DNA from: Eledone cirrhosa
Lineage: Eukaryota
DNA: 64,000 bases
Direction of reading: 5' to 3'
Assembly (NCBI GenBank): GCA_964016885.1
Contig: OZ024742.1
Span: 344,038,001 to 344,102,000, forward strand
The notes under the pieces are model-generated. The model saw only the letters and a program-made list of their open reading frames with translations. It did no database searches and was not told where the DNA came from. A program made the position numbers and the translations under genes. Positions 22,301 through 37,300 of the stretch are shown here, piece after piece; position 1 is the stretch's first letter, and every line of letters starts with the position of its first letter.

Positions 22301-25300
22301 TCCTACAATATATACTCAACTCACAGTTTTAAGGACATCTGAACTGTTGGTAGTGTATCCTACAATATATACTCAGCTCACAGTATTAAGGACATATGAA
22401 CTGTTGGTAGTGTATCCTACAATATATACCCAGCTCACAGTTTTAAGGACATATGAACTGTTGGTAGTGTATCCTACAATATATACCCAGCTCACAGTAT
22501 TAAGGACATCTGAACTGTTGGTAGTGTATCCTACAATATATACCCAGCTCACAGTTTTAAGGACATATGAACTGTTGGGAGTGTATCCTACAATATATAC
22601 TCAGCTCACAGTATTAAGGACATATGAACTGTTGGTAGTGTATCCTACAATATATACCCAGCTCACAGTTTTAAGGACATATGAACTGTTGGTAGTGTAT
22701 CCTACAATATATACCCAGCTCACAGTATTAAGGACATATGAACTGTTGGGAGTGTATCCTACAATATATACTCAGCTCACAGTATTAAGGACATATGAAC
22801 TGTTGGTAGTGTATCCTACAATATATACCCAACTCACAGTTTTAAGGACATATGAACTGTTGGTAGTGTATCCTACAATATATACCCAGCTCACAGTATT
22901 AAGGACATATGAACTGTTGGTAGTGTATCCTACAAATATACCCAGCTCACAGTATTAAGGACATCTGAACTGTTGGTAGTGTATCCTACAATATATACTC
23001 AGCTCACAGTTTTAAGGACATATGAACTGTTGGTAGTGTATCCTACGATATATACCCAGCTCACAGTATTAAGGACATATGAACTGTTGGTAGTGTATCC
23101 TACAATATATACTCAGCTCACAGTTTTAAGGACATATGAACTGTTGGTAGTGTATCCTACAATATATACCCAGCTCACAGTTTTAAGGACATATGAACTG
23201 TTGGTAGTGTATCCTACAATATATACCCAGCTCACAGTATTAAGGACATATGAACTGTTGGTAGTGTATCCTACAATATATACCCAGCTCACAGTTTTAA
23301 GGACATATGAACTGTTGGTAGTGTATCCTACAATATATACCCAACTCACAGTATTAAGGACATATGAACTGTTGGTAGTGTATCCTACAATATATACCCA
23401 GCTCACAGTTTTAAGGACATATGAACTGTTGGTAGTGTATCCTACAATATATACCCAGCTCACAGTATTAAGGACATATGAACTGTTGGTAGTGTATCCT
23501 ACAATATATACTCAGCTCACAGTTTTAAGGACATATGAACTGTTGGTAGTGTATCCTACAATATATACCCAGCTCACAGTTTTAAGGACATATGAACTGT
23601 TGGTAGTGTATCCTTCAATATATACTCAGCTCACAGTTTTAAGGACATATGAACTGTTGGTAGTGTATCCTACAATATATACCCAGCTCACAGTTTTAAG
23701 GACATATGAACTGTTGGTAGTGTATCCTACAATATATACCCAGCTCACAGTATTAAGGACATATGAACTGTTGGTAGTGTATCCTACAATATATACCCAG
23801 CTCACAGTTTTAAGGACATATGAACTGTTGGTAGTGTATCCTACAATATATACCCAGCTCACAGTATTAAGGACATATGAACTGTTGGTAGTGTATCCTA
23901 CAATATATACCCAGCTCACAGTTTTAAGGACATATGAACTGTTGGTAGTGTATCCTACAATATATACCCAGCTCACAGTTTTAAGGACATATGAACTGTT
24001 GGTAGTGTATCCTACAATATATACCCAGCTCACAGTATTAAGGACATATGATCTGTTGGTAGTGTATCCTACAATATATACCCAGCTCACAGTTTTAAGG
24101 ACATATGAACTGTTGGTAGTGTATACTACAATATATACCCAGCTCACAGTATTAAGGACATATGAACTGTTGGTAGTGTATAGTACAATATATACCCAGC
24201 TCACAGTTTTAAGGACATATGAACTGTTGGTAGTGTATCCTACAATATATACCCAACTCACAGTTTTAAGGACATATGAACTGTTGGTAGTGTATCCTAC
24301 AATATATACCCAGCTCACAGTATTAAGGACATATGAACTGTTGGTAGTGTATCCTACAATATATACCCAACTCACAGTATTAAGGACATATGAACTGTTG
24401 GTAGTGTATCCTACAATATATACCCAACTCACAGTTTTAAGGACATATGAACTGTTGGTAGTGTATCCTACAATATATACCCAGCTCACAGTTTTAAGGA
24501 CATATGAACTGTTGGTAGTGTATCCTACAATATATACCCAGCTCACAGTTTTAAGGACATCTGAACTGTTGGTAGTGTATCCTACAATATATACCCAGCT
24601 CACAGTTTTAAGGACATATGAACTGTTGGTAGTGTATCCTACAATATATACCCAGCTCACAGTTTTAAGGACATATGAACTGTTGGTAGTGTATACTACA
24701 ATATATACCCAGCTCACAGTTTTAAGGACATATGAACTGTTGGTAGTGTATCCTACAATATATACCCAGCTCACAGTTTTAAGGACATATGAACTGTTGG
24801 TAGTGTATCCTACAATATATACCCAGCTCACAGTATTAAGGACATCTGAACTGTTGGTAGTGTATCCTACAATATATACCCAGCTCACAGTTTTAAAGAC
24901 ATATGAACTGTTGGTAGTGTATCCTACAATATATACCCAGCTCACAGTTTTAAGGACATATGAACTGTTGGTAGTGTATCCTACAATATATACCCAGCTC
25001 ACAGTTTTAAGGACATATGAACTGTTGGTAGTGTATCCTACAATATATACCCAGCTCACAGTATTAAGGACATATGAACTGTTGGTAGTGCATCCTACAA
25101 TATATACCAAGCTCACAGTTTTAAGGACATATGAACTGTTGGTAGTGTATCCTACAATATATACCCAGCTCACAGTATTAAGGGCATATGAACTGTTGGT
25201 AGTGTATCCTACAATATATACCCAGCTCACAGTTTTAAGGACATATGAACTGTTGGTAGTGTATCCTACAATATATACCCAGCTCACAGTATTAAGGACA

Positions 25301-25369
25301 TATGAACTGTTGGTAGTGTATCCTACAATATATACTCAGCTCACAGTTTTAAGGACATCTGAACTGTTG

Positions 25370-28300
25370 GTAGTGTATCCTACAATATATACCCAGCTCA
25401 CAGTTTTAAGGACATATGAACTGTTGGTAGTGTATCCTACAATATATACCCAACTCACAGTATTAAGGACATATGAACTGTTGGTAGTGTATCCTAAAAT
25501 ATATACTCAGCTCACAGTATTAAGGACATATAAACTGTTGGTAGTGTATCCTACAATATATACTCAGCTCACAGTTTTAAGGACATCTGAACTGTTGGTA
25601 GTGTATCCTACAATATATACCCAGCTCACAGTTTTAAGGACATATGAACTGTTGGTAGTGTATCCTACAATATATACCCAGCTCACAGTATTAAGGACAT
25701 ATGAACTGTTGGTAGTGTATCCTACAATATATACCCAGCTCACAGTTTTAAGGACATATGAACTGTTGGTAGTGTATCCTACAATATATACCCAGCTCAC
25801 AGTTTTAAAGACATATGAACTGTTGGTAGTGTATCCTACAATATATACCCAGCTCACAGTTTTAAGGACATATGAACTGTTGGTAGTGTATCCTACAATA
25901 TATACCCAGCTCACAGTTTTAAGGACATATGAACTGTTGGTAGTGTATCCTACAATATATACCCAGCTCACAGTATTAAGGACATATGAACTGTTGGTAG
26001 TGTATCCTACAATATATACCAAGCTCACAGTTTTAAGGACATATGAACTGTTGGTAGTGTATCCTACAATATATACCCAGCTCACAGTATTAAGGGCATA
26101 TGAACTGTTGGTAGTGTATCCTACAATATATACCCAGCTCACAGTTTTAAGGACATATGAACTGTTGGTAGTGTATCCTACAATATATACCTAGCTCACA
26201 GTATTAAGGACATATGAACTGTTGGTAGTGTATCCTAAAATATATACTCAGCTCACAGTATTAAGGACATATAAACTGTTGGTAGTGTATCCTACAATAT
26301 ATACTCAGCTCACAGTTTTAAGGACATCTGAACTGTTGGTAGTGTATCCTACAATATATACCCAGCTCACAGTTTTAAGGACATATGAACTGTTGGTAGT
26401 GTATCCTACAATATATACCCAACTCACAGTATTAAGGACATATGAACTGTTGGTAGTGTATCCTAAAATATATACTCAGCTCACAGTATTAAGGACATAT
26501 AAACTGTTGGTAGTGTATCCTACAATATATACTCAGCTCACAGTTTTAAGGACATCTGAACTGTTGGTAGTGTATCCTACAATATATACCCAGCTCACAG
26601 TTTTAAGGACATATGAACTGTTGGTAGTGTATCCTACAATATATACCCAGCTCACAGTATTAAGGACATATGAACTGTTGGTAGTGTATCCTACAATATA
26701 TACCAAGCTCACAGTTTTAAGGACATATGAACTGTTGGTAGTGTATCCTACAATATATACCCAGCTCACAGTATTAAGGGCATATGAACTGTTGGTAGTG
26801 TATCCTACAATATATACCCAGCTCACAGTTTTAAGGACATATGAACTGTTGGTAGTGTATCCTACAATATATACCCAACTCACAGTATTAAGGACATATG
26901 AACTGTTGGTAGTGTATCCTACAATATATACTCAGCTCACAGTATTAAGGACATATAAACTGTTGGTAGTGTATCCTACAATATATACTCAGCTCACAGT
27001 TTTAAGGACATCTGAACTGTTGGTAGTGTATCCTACAATATATACCCAGCTCACAGTTTTAAGGACATATGAACTGTTGGTAGTGTATCCTACAATATAT
27101 ACCCAACTCACAGTATTAAGGACATATGAACTGTTGGTAGTGTATCCTGCAATATATACTCAGCTCACAGTATTAAGGACATATGAACTGTTGGTAGTGT
27201 ATCCTAAAATATATACCCAACTCACAGTATTAAGGACATATGAACTGTTGGTAGTGTATCTTACAATATATACCCAGCTCACAGTATTAAGGACATATGA
27301 ACTGTTGGTAGTGTATCCTACAATATATACCCAGCTCACAGTATTAAGGACATATGAACTGTTGGTAGTGTATCCTACAATATATACCCAGCTCACAGTA
27401 TTAAGGACATATGAACTGTTGGTAGTGTATCCTACAATATATACCCAGCTCACAGTTTTAAGGACATATGAACTGTTGGTAGTGTATCCTACAATATATA
27501 CCCAGCTCACAGTATTAAGGACATATATACTGTTGGTAGTGTATCCTACAATATATACTCAGCTCACAGTTTTAAGGACATATATACTGTTGGTAGTGTA
27601 TCCTACAATATATACTCAGCTCACAGTTTTAAGGACATATGAACTGTTGGTAGTGTATCCTACAATATATACCCAACTCACAGTTTTAAGGACATATGAA
27701 CTGTTGGTAGTGTATCCTACAATATATACCCAACTCACAGTTTTAAGGACATATGAACTGTTGGTAGTGTATCCTACAATATATACCCAGCTCACAGTAT
27801 TAAGGACATATGAACTGTTGGTAGTGTATCCTACAATATATACCCAGCTCACAGTATTAAGGACATCTGAACTGTTGGTAGTGTATCCTACAATATATAC
27901 CCAGCTCACAGTTTTAAGGACATATGAACTGTTGGGAGTGTATCCTACAATATATACCCAGCTCACAGTATTAAGGACATATGAACTGTTGGGAGTGTAT
28001 CCTACAATATATACTCAGCTCACAGTATTAAAGACATATGAACTGTTGGTAGTGTATCCTACAATATATACCCAACTCACAGTTTTAAGGACATATGAAC
28101 TGTTGGTAGTGTATCCTACAATATATACCCAGCTCACAGTTTTAAGGACATATGAACTGTTGGTAGTGTATCCTAAAATATATACCCAGCTCACAGTTTT
28201 AAGGACATATAAACTGTTGGTAGTGTATCCTACAATATATACCCAGCTCACAGTTTTAAGGACATATAAACTGTTGGTAGTGTATCCTACAATATATACC

Positions 28301-31300
28301 CAGCTCACAGTATTAAGGACATATGAACTGTTGGTAGTGTATCCTACAATATATACCCAGCTCACAGTATTAAGGACATATAAACTGTTGGTAGTGTATC
28401 CTACAATATATACCCAGCTCACAGTTTTAAGGACATATAAACTGTTGGTAGTGTATCCTACAATATATACCCAGCTCACAGTTTTAAGGACATATAAACT
28501 GTTGGTAGTGTATCCTACAATATATACCCAGCTCACAGTATTAAGGACATATGAACTGTTGGTAGTGTATCCTAAAATATATACCCAGCTCACAGTTTTA
28601 AGGACATATAAACTGTTGGTAGTGTATCCTACAATATATACCCAGCTCACAGTATTAAGGACATATGAACTGTTGGTAGTGTATCCTACAATATATACCC
28701 AGCTCACAGTATTAAGGACATATGAACTGTTGGTAGTGTATCCTACAATATATACCCAGCTCACAGTTTTAAGGACATCTGAACTGTTGGTAGTGTATCC
28801 TACAATATATACCCAGCTCACAGTTTTAAGGACATATGAACTGTTGGTAGTGTATCCTACAATATATACACAGCTCACAGTATTAAGGACATATGAACTG
28901 TTGGTAGTGTATCCTACAATATATACCCAGCTCACAGTTTTATGGACATATGAACTGTTGGTAGTGTATCCTACAATATATACCCAGCTCACAGTATTAA
29001 GGGCATATAAACTGTTGGTAGTGTATCCTACAATATATACCCAGCTCACAGTATTAAGGACATATGAACTGTTGGTAGTGTATCCTACAATATATACCCA
29101 CCTCACAGTATTAAGGACATATGAACTGTTGGTAGTGTATCCTACAATATATACCCACCTCACAGTATTAAGGACATCTGAACTGTTGGTAGTGTATCCT
29201 ACAATATATACCCAGCTCACAGTTTTAAGGACATATGAACTGTTGGTAGTGTATCCTACAATATATACCCAGCTCACAGTTTTAAGGACATATGAAATGT
29301 TGGTAGTGTATCCTACAATATATACCCACCTCACAGTATTAAGGACATATTAACTGTTGGTAGTGTATCCTACAATATATACCCACCTCACAGTATTAAG
29401 GACATCTGAACTGTTGGTAGTGTATCCTACAATATATACCCAGCTCACAGTTTTAAGGACATATGAACTGTTGGTAGTGTATCCTACAATATATACCCAG
29501 CTCACAGTTTTAAGGACATATATACTGTTGGTAGTGTATCCTACAATATATACTCAGCTCACAGTTTTAAGGACATATGAACTGTTGGTAGTGTATCCTA
29601 CAATATATACCCAACTCACAGTTTTAAGGACATATGAACTGTTGGTAGTGTATCCTACAATATATACCCAACTCACAGTTTTAAGGACATATGAACTGTT
29701 GGTAGTGTATCCTACAATATATACCCAGCTCACAGTATTAAGGACATATGAACTGTTGGTAGTGTATCCTACAATATATACCCAGCTCACAGTATTAAGG
29801 ACATCTGAACTGTTGGTAGTGTATCCTACAATATATACCCAGCTCACAGTTTTAAGGACATATGAACTGTTGGGAGTGTATCCTACAATATATACCCAGC
29901 TCACAGTATTAAGGACATATGAACTGTTGGGAGTGTATCCTACAATATATACTCAGCTCACAGTATTAAGGACATATGAACTGTTGGTAGTGTATCCTAC
30001 AATATATACCCAGCTCACAGTATTAAGGACATATAAACTGTTGGTAGTGTATCCTACAATATATACCCAGCTCACAGTTTTAAGGACATATAAACTGTTG
30101 GTAGTGTATCCTTCAATATATACCCAGCTCACAGTTTTAAGGACATATAAACTGTTGGTAGTGTATCCTACAATATATACCCAGCTCACAGTATTAAGGA
30201 CATATGAACTGTTGGGAGTGTATCCTAAAATATATACCCAGCTCACAGTTTTAAGGACATATAAACTGTTGGTAGTGTATCCTACAATATATACCCAGCT
30301 CACAGTATTAAGGACATATGAACTGTTGGTAGTGTATCCTACAATATATACCCAGCTCACAGTATTAAGGACATATGAACTGTTGGTAGTGTATCCTACA
30401 ATATATACCCAGCTCACAGTTTTAAGGACATCTGAACTGTTGGTAGTGTATCCTACAATATATACCCAGCTCACAGTTTTAAGGACATATGAACTGTTGG
30501 TAGTGTATCCTACAATATATACCCAGCTCACAGTATTAAGGACATATGAACTGTTGGTAGTGTATCCTACAATATATACCCAGCTCACAGTTTTATGGAC
30601 ATATGAACTGTTGGTAGTGTATCCTACAATATATACCCAGCTCACAGTATTAAGGTCATATAAACTGTTGGTAGTGTATCCTACAATATATACCCAGCTC
30701 CCAGTATTAAGGACATATGAACTGTTGGTAGTGTATCCTACAATATATACCCACCTCACAGTATTAAGGACATATGAATTGTTGGTAGTGTATCCTACAA
30801 TATATACCCACCTCACAGTATTAAGGACATCTGAACTGTTGGTAGTGTATCCTACAATATATACCCAGCTCACAGTTTTAAGGACATATGAACTGTTGGT
30901 AGTGTATCCTACAATATATACCCAGCTCACAGTTTTAAGGACATATGAACTGTTGGTAGTGTATCCTACAATATATACCCACCTCACAGTATTAAGGACA
31001 TATGAACTGTTGGTAGTGTATCCTACAATATATACCCACCTCACAGTATTAAGGACATCTGAACTGTTGGTAGTGTATCCTACAATATATACCCAGCTCA
31101 CAGTTTTATGGATATATGAACTGTTGGTAGTGTATCCTACAATATATACCCAGCTCACAGTATTAAGGGCATATAAACTGTTGGTAGTGTATCCTACAAT
31201 ATATACCCAGCTCACAGTATTAAGGACATATGAACTGTTGGTAGTGTATCCTACAATATATACCCAGCTCACAGTTTTAAGGACATATGAACTGTTGGTA

Positions 31301-34300
31301 GTGTATCCTACAATATATACCCACCTCACAGTATTAAGGACATATGAACTGTTGGTAGTGTATCCTACAATATATACCCACCTCACAGTATTAAGGACAT
31401 ATGAACTGTTGGTAGTGTATCCTACAATATATACCCACCTCACAGTATTAAGGACATATAAACTGTTGGTAGTGTATCCTATAATATATACCCAGCTCAC
31501 AGTTTTAAGGACATATGAACTGTTGGTAGTGTATCCTACAATATATACCCAGCTCACAGTTTTAAGGACATATGAACTGTTGGTAGTGTATCCTACAATA
31601 TATACCCAGCTCACAGTTTTAAGGACATATGAACTGTTGGTAGTGTATCCTACAATATATACCCAGCTCACAGTTTTAAGGACATATGAACTGTTGGTAG
31701 TGTATCCTACAATATATACCCAGCTCACAGTTTTAAGGACATATGAACTGTTGGTAGTGTATCCTACAATATATACCCAGCTCACAGTTTTAAGGACATA
31801 TGAACTGTTGGTAGTGTATCCTACAATATATACCCAGCTCACAGTTTTAAGGACATATGAACTGTTGGTAGTGTATCCTACAATATATACCCAGCTCACA
31901 GTATTAAGGACATATGAACTGTTGGTAGTGTATCCTACAATATATACCCAACTCACAGTTTTAAGGACATATGAACTGTTGGTAGTGTATCCTACAATAT
32001 ATACCCACCTCACAGTTTTAAGGACATATGAACTGTTGGTAGTGTATCCTACAATATATACCCAACTCACAGTTTTAAGGACATCTGAACTGTTGGTAGT
32101 GTATCCTACAATATATACCCAGCTCACAGTTTTAAGGACATATGAACTGTTGGTAGTGTATCCTACAATATATACCCAGCTCACAGTATTAAGGACATAT
32201 GAACTGTTGGTAGTGTATCCTACAATATATACCCAGCTCACAGTTTTAAGGACATATGAACTGTTGGTAGTGTATCCTACAATATATACCCAGCTCACAG
32301 TTTTAAGGACATATGAATTGTTGGTAGAGTATCCTACAATATATACCCAGCTCACAGTTTTAAGGACATCTGAACTGTTGGTAGTTTATCCTACAATATA
32401 TACCCAGCTCACAGTATTAAGGACATATGAACTGTTGGTAGTGTATCCTACAATATATACCCAGCTCACAGTTTTAAGGACATATGAACTGTTGGTAGTG
32501 TATCCTACAATATATACCCAGCTCACAGTTTTAAGGACATATGAATTGTTGGTAGAGTATCCTACAATATATACCCAGCTCACAGTTTTAAGGACATCTG
32601 AACTGTTGGTAGTTTATCCTACAATATATACCCAGCTCACAGTATTAAGGACATATGAACTGTTGGTAGTGTATCCTACAATATATACCCAGCTCACAGT
32701 TTTAAGGACATCTGAACTGTTGGTAGTGTATCCTACAATATATACCCAGCTCACAGTATTAAGGGCATATGAACTGTTGGTAGTGTATCCTACAATATAT
32801 ACCCAGCTCACAGTATTAAGGACATATGAACTGTTGGTAGTGTATCCTACAATATATACCCAGCTCACAGTATTAAGGACATATGAACTGTTGGTAGTGT
32901 ATCCTACAATATATACCCAGCTCACAGTTTTAAGGACATATGAACTGTTGGTAGTGTATCCTACAATATATACCAAGCTCACAGATTTAAGGACATATAA
33001 ATTGTTTGGTAGTGTATCCTACAATATATACCCAGCTCACAGTTTTAAGGACATATGAACTGTTGGTAGTGTATCCTACAATATATACCCAGCTCACAGT
33101 ATTAAGGACATATATACTGTTGGTAGTGTATCCTACAATATATACTCAGCTCACAGTTTTAAGGACATATATACTGTTGGTAGTGTATCCTACAATATAT
33201 ACTCAGCTCACAGTTTTAAGGACATATGAACTGTTGGTAGTGTATCCTACAATATATACCCAACTCCCAGTTTTAAGGACATATGAACTGTTGGTAGTGT
33301 ATCCTACAATATATACCCAACTCACAGTTTTAAGGACATATGAACTGTTGGTAGTGTATCCTACAATATATACCCAGCTCACAGTATTAAGGACATATGA
33401 ACTGTTGGTAGTGTATCCTACAATATATACCCAGCTCACAGTATTAAGGACATCTGAACTGTTGGTAGTGTATCCTACAATATATACCCAGCTCACAGTT
33501 TTAAGGACATATGAACTGTTGGGAGTGTATCCTACAATATATACCCAGCTCACAGTATTAAGGACATATGAACTGTTGGGAGTGTATCCTACAATATATA
33601 CTCAGCTCACAGTTTTAAGGACATATAAACTGTTGGTAGTGTATCCTACAATATATACCCAGCTCACAGTATTAAGGACATATGAACTGTTGGTAGTGTA
33701 TCCTACAATATATACCCAGCTCACAGTATTAAGGACATATAAACTGTTGGTAGTGTATCCTACAATATATACCCAGCTCACAGTTTTAAGGACATATAAA
33801 CTGTTGGTAGTGTATCCTACAATATATACCCAGCTCACAGTTTTAAGGACATATAAACTGTTGGTAGTGTATCCTACAATATATACCCAGCTCACAGTAT
33901 TAAGGACATATGAACTGTTGGTAGTGTATCCTAAAATATATACCCAGCTCACAGTTTTAAGGACATATAAACTGTTGGTAGTGTATCCTACAATATATAC
34001 CCAGCTCACAGTATTAAGGACATATGAACTGTTGGTAGTGTATCCTACAATATATACCCAGCTCACAGTATTAAGGACATATGAACTGTTGGTAGTGTAT
34101 CCTACAATATATACCCAGCTCACAGTTTTAAGGACATCTGAACTGTTGGTAGTGTATCCTACAATATATACCCAGCTCACAGTTTTAAGGACATATGAAC
34201 TGTTGGTAGTGTATCCTACAATATATACACAGCTCACAGTATTAAGGACATATGAACTGTTGGTAGTGTATCCTACAATATATACCCAGCTCACAGTTTT

Positions 34301-37300
34301 ATGGACATATGAACTGTTGGTAGTGTATCCTACAATATATACCCAGCTCACAGTATTAAGGGCATATAAACTGTTGGTAGTGTATCCTACAATATATACC
34401 CAGCTCACAGTATTAAGGACATATGAACTGTTGGTAGTGTATCCTACAATATATACCCACCTCACAGTATTAAGGACATATGAACTGTTGGTAGTGTATC
34501 CTACAATATATACCCACCTCACAGTATTAAGGACATCTGAACTGTTGGTAGTGTATCCTACAATATATACCCAGCTCACAGTTTTAAGGACATATGAACT
34601 GTTGGTAGTGTATCCTACAATATATACCCAGCTCACAGTTTTAAGGACATATGAACTGTTGGTAGTGTATCCTACAATATATACCCACCTCACAGTATTA
34701 AGGACATATTAACTGTTGGTAGTGTATCCTACAATATATACCCACCTCACAGTATTAAGGACATCTGAACTGTTGGTAGTGTATCCTACAATATATACCC
34801 AGCTCACAGTTTTAAGGACATATGAACTGTTGGTAGTGTATCCTACAATATATACCCAGCTCACAGTTTTAAGGACATATATACTGTTGGTAGTGTATCC
34901 TACAATATATACTCAGCTCACAGTTTTAAGGACATATGAACTGTTGGTAGTGTATCCTACAATATATACCCAACTCACAGTTTTAAGGACATATGAACTG
35001 TTGGTAGTGTATCCTACAATATATACCCAACTCACAGTTTTAAGGACATATGAACTGTTGGTAGTGTATCCTACAATATATACCCAGCTCACAGTATTAA
35101 GGACATATGAACTGTTGGTAGTGTATCCTACAATATATACCCAGCTCACAGTATTAAGGACATCTGAACTGTTGGTAGTGTATCCTACAATATATACCCA
35201 GCTCACAGTTTTAAGGACATATGAACTGTTGGGAGTGTATCCTACAATATATACCCAGCTCACAGTATTAAGGACATATGAACTGTTGGGAGTGTATCCT
35301 ACAATATATACTCAGCTCACAGTATTAAGGACATATGAACTGTTGGTAGTGTATCCTACAATATATACCCAGCTCACAGTATTAAGGACATATAAACTGT
35401 TGGTAGTGTATCCTACAATATATACCCAGCTCACAGTTTTAAGGACATATGAACTGTTGGTAGTGTATCCTACAATATATACCCAGCTCACAGTTTTAAG
35501 GACATATGAACTGTTGGTAGTGTATCCTACAATATATACCCACCTCACAGTATTAAGGACATATGAACTGTTGGTAGTGTATCCTACAATATATACCCAC
35601 CTCACAGTATTAAGGACATCTGAACTGTTGGTAGTGTATCCTACAATATATACCCAGCTCACAGTTTTATGGATATATGAACTGTTGGTAGTGTATCCTA
35701 CAATATATACCCAGCTCACAGTATTAAGGGCATATAAACTGTTGGTAGTGTATCCTACAATATATACCCAGCTCACAGTATTAAGGACATATGAACTGTT
35801 GGTAGTGTATCCTACAATATATACCCAGCTCACAGTTTTAAGGACATATGAACTGTTGGTAGTGTATCCTACAATATATACCCACCTCACAGTATTAAGG
35901 ACATATGAACTGTTGGTAGTGTATCCTACAATATATACCCACCTCACAGTATTAAGGACATATGAACTGTTGGTAGTGTATCCTACAATATATACCCACC
36001 TCACAGTATTAAGGACATATAAACTGTTGGTAGTGTATCCTATAATATATACCCAGCTCACAGTTTTAAGGACATATGAACTGTTGGTAGTGTATCCTAC
36101 AATATATACCCAGCTCACAGTTTTAAGGACATATGAACTGTTGGTAGTGTATCCTACAATATATACCCAGCTCACAGTTTTAAGGACATATGAACTGTTG
36201 GTAGTGTATCCTACAATATATACCCAGCTCACAGTTTTAAGGACATATGAACTGTTGGTAGTGTATCCTACAATATATACCCAGCTCACAGTTTTAAGGA
36301 CATATGAACTGTTGGTAGTGTATCCTACAATATATACCCAGCTCACAGTTTTAAGGACATATGAACTGTTGGTAGTGTATCCTACAATATATACCCAGCT
36401 CACAGTTTTAAGGACATATGAACTGTTGGTAGTGTATCCTACAATATATACCCAGCTCACAGTATTAAGGACATATGAACTGTTGGTAGTGTATCCTACA
36501 ATATATACCCAACTCACAGTTTTAAGGACATATGAACTGTTGGTAGTGTATCCTACAATATATACCCACCTCACAGTTTTAAGGACATATGAACTGTTGG
36601 TAGTGTATCCTACAATATATACCCAACTCACAGTTTTAAGGACATCTGAACTGTTGGTAGTGTATCCTACAATATATACCCAGCTCACAGTTTTAAGGAC
36701 ATATGAACTGTTGGTAGTGTATCCTACAATATATACCCAGCTCACAGTATTAAGGACATATGAACTGTTGGTAGTGTATCCTACAATATATACCCAGCTC
36801 ACAGTTTTAAGGACATATGAACTGTTGGTAGTGTATCCTACAATATATACCCAGCTCACAGTTTTAAGGACATATGAATTGTTGGTAGAGTATCCTACAA
36901 TATATACCCAGCTCACAGTTTTAAGGACATCTGAACTGTTGGTAGTTTATCCTACAATATATACCCAGCTCACAGTATTAAGGACATATGAACTGTTGGT
37001 AGTGTATCCTACAATATATACCCAGCTCACAGTTTTAAGGACATATGAACTGTTGGTAGTGTATCCTACAATATATACCCAGCTCACAGTTTTAAGGACA
37101 TATGAATTGTTGGTAGAGTATCCTACAATATATACCCAGCTCACAGTTTTAAGGACATCTGAACTGTTGGTAGTTTATCCTACAATATATACCCAGCTCA
37201 CAGTATTAAGGACATATGAACTGTTGGTAGTGTATCCTACAATATATACCCAGCTCACAGTTTTAAGGACATCTGAACTGTTGGTAGTGTATCCTACAAT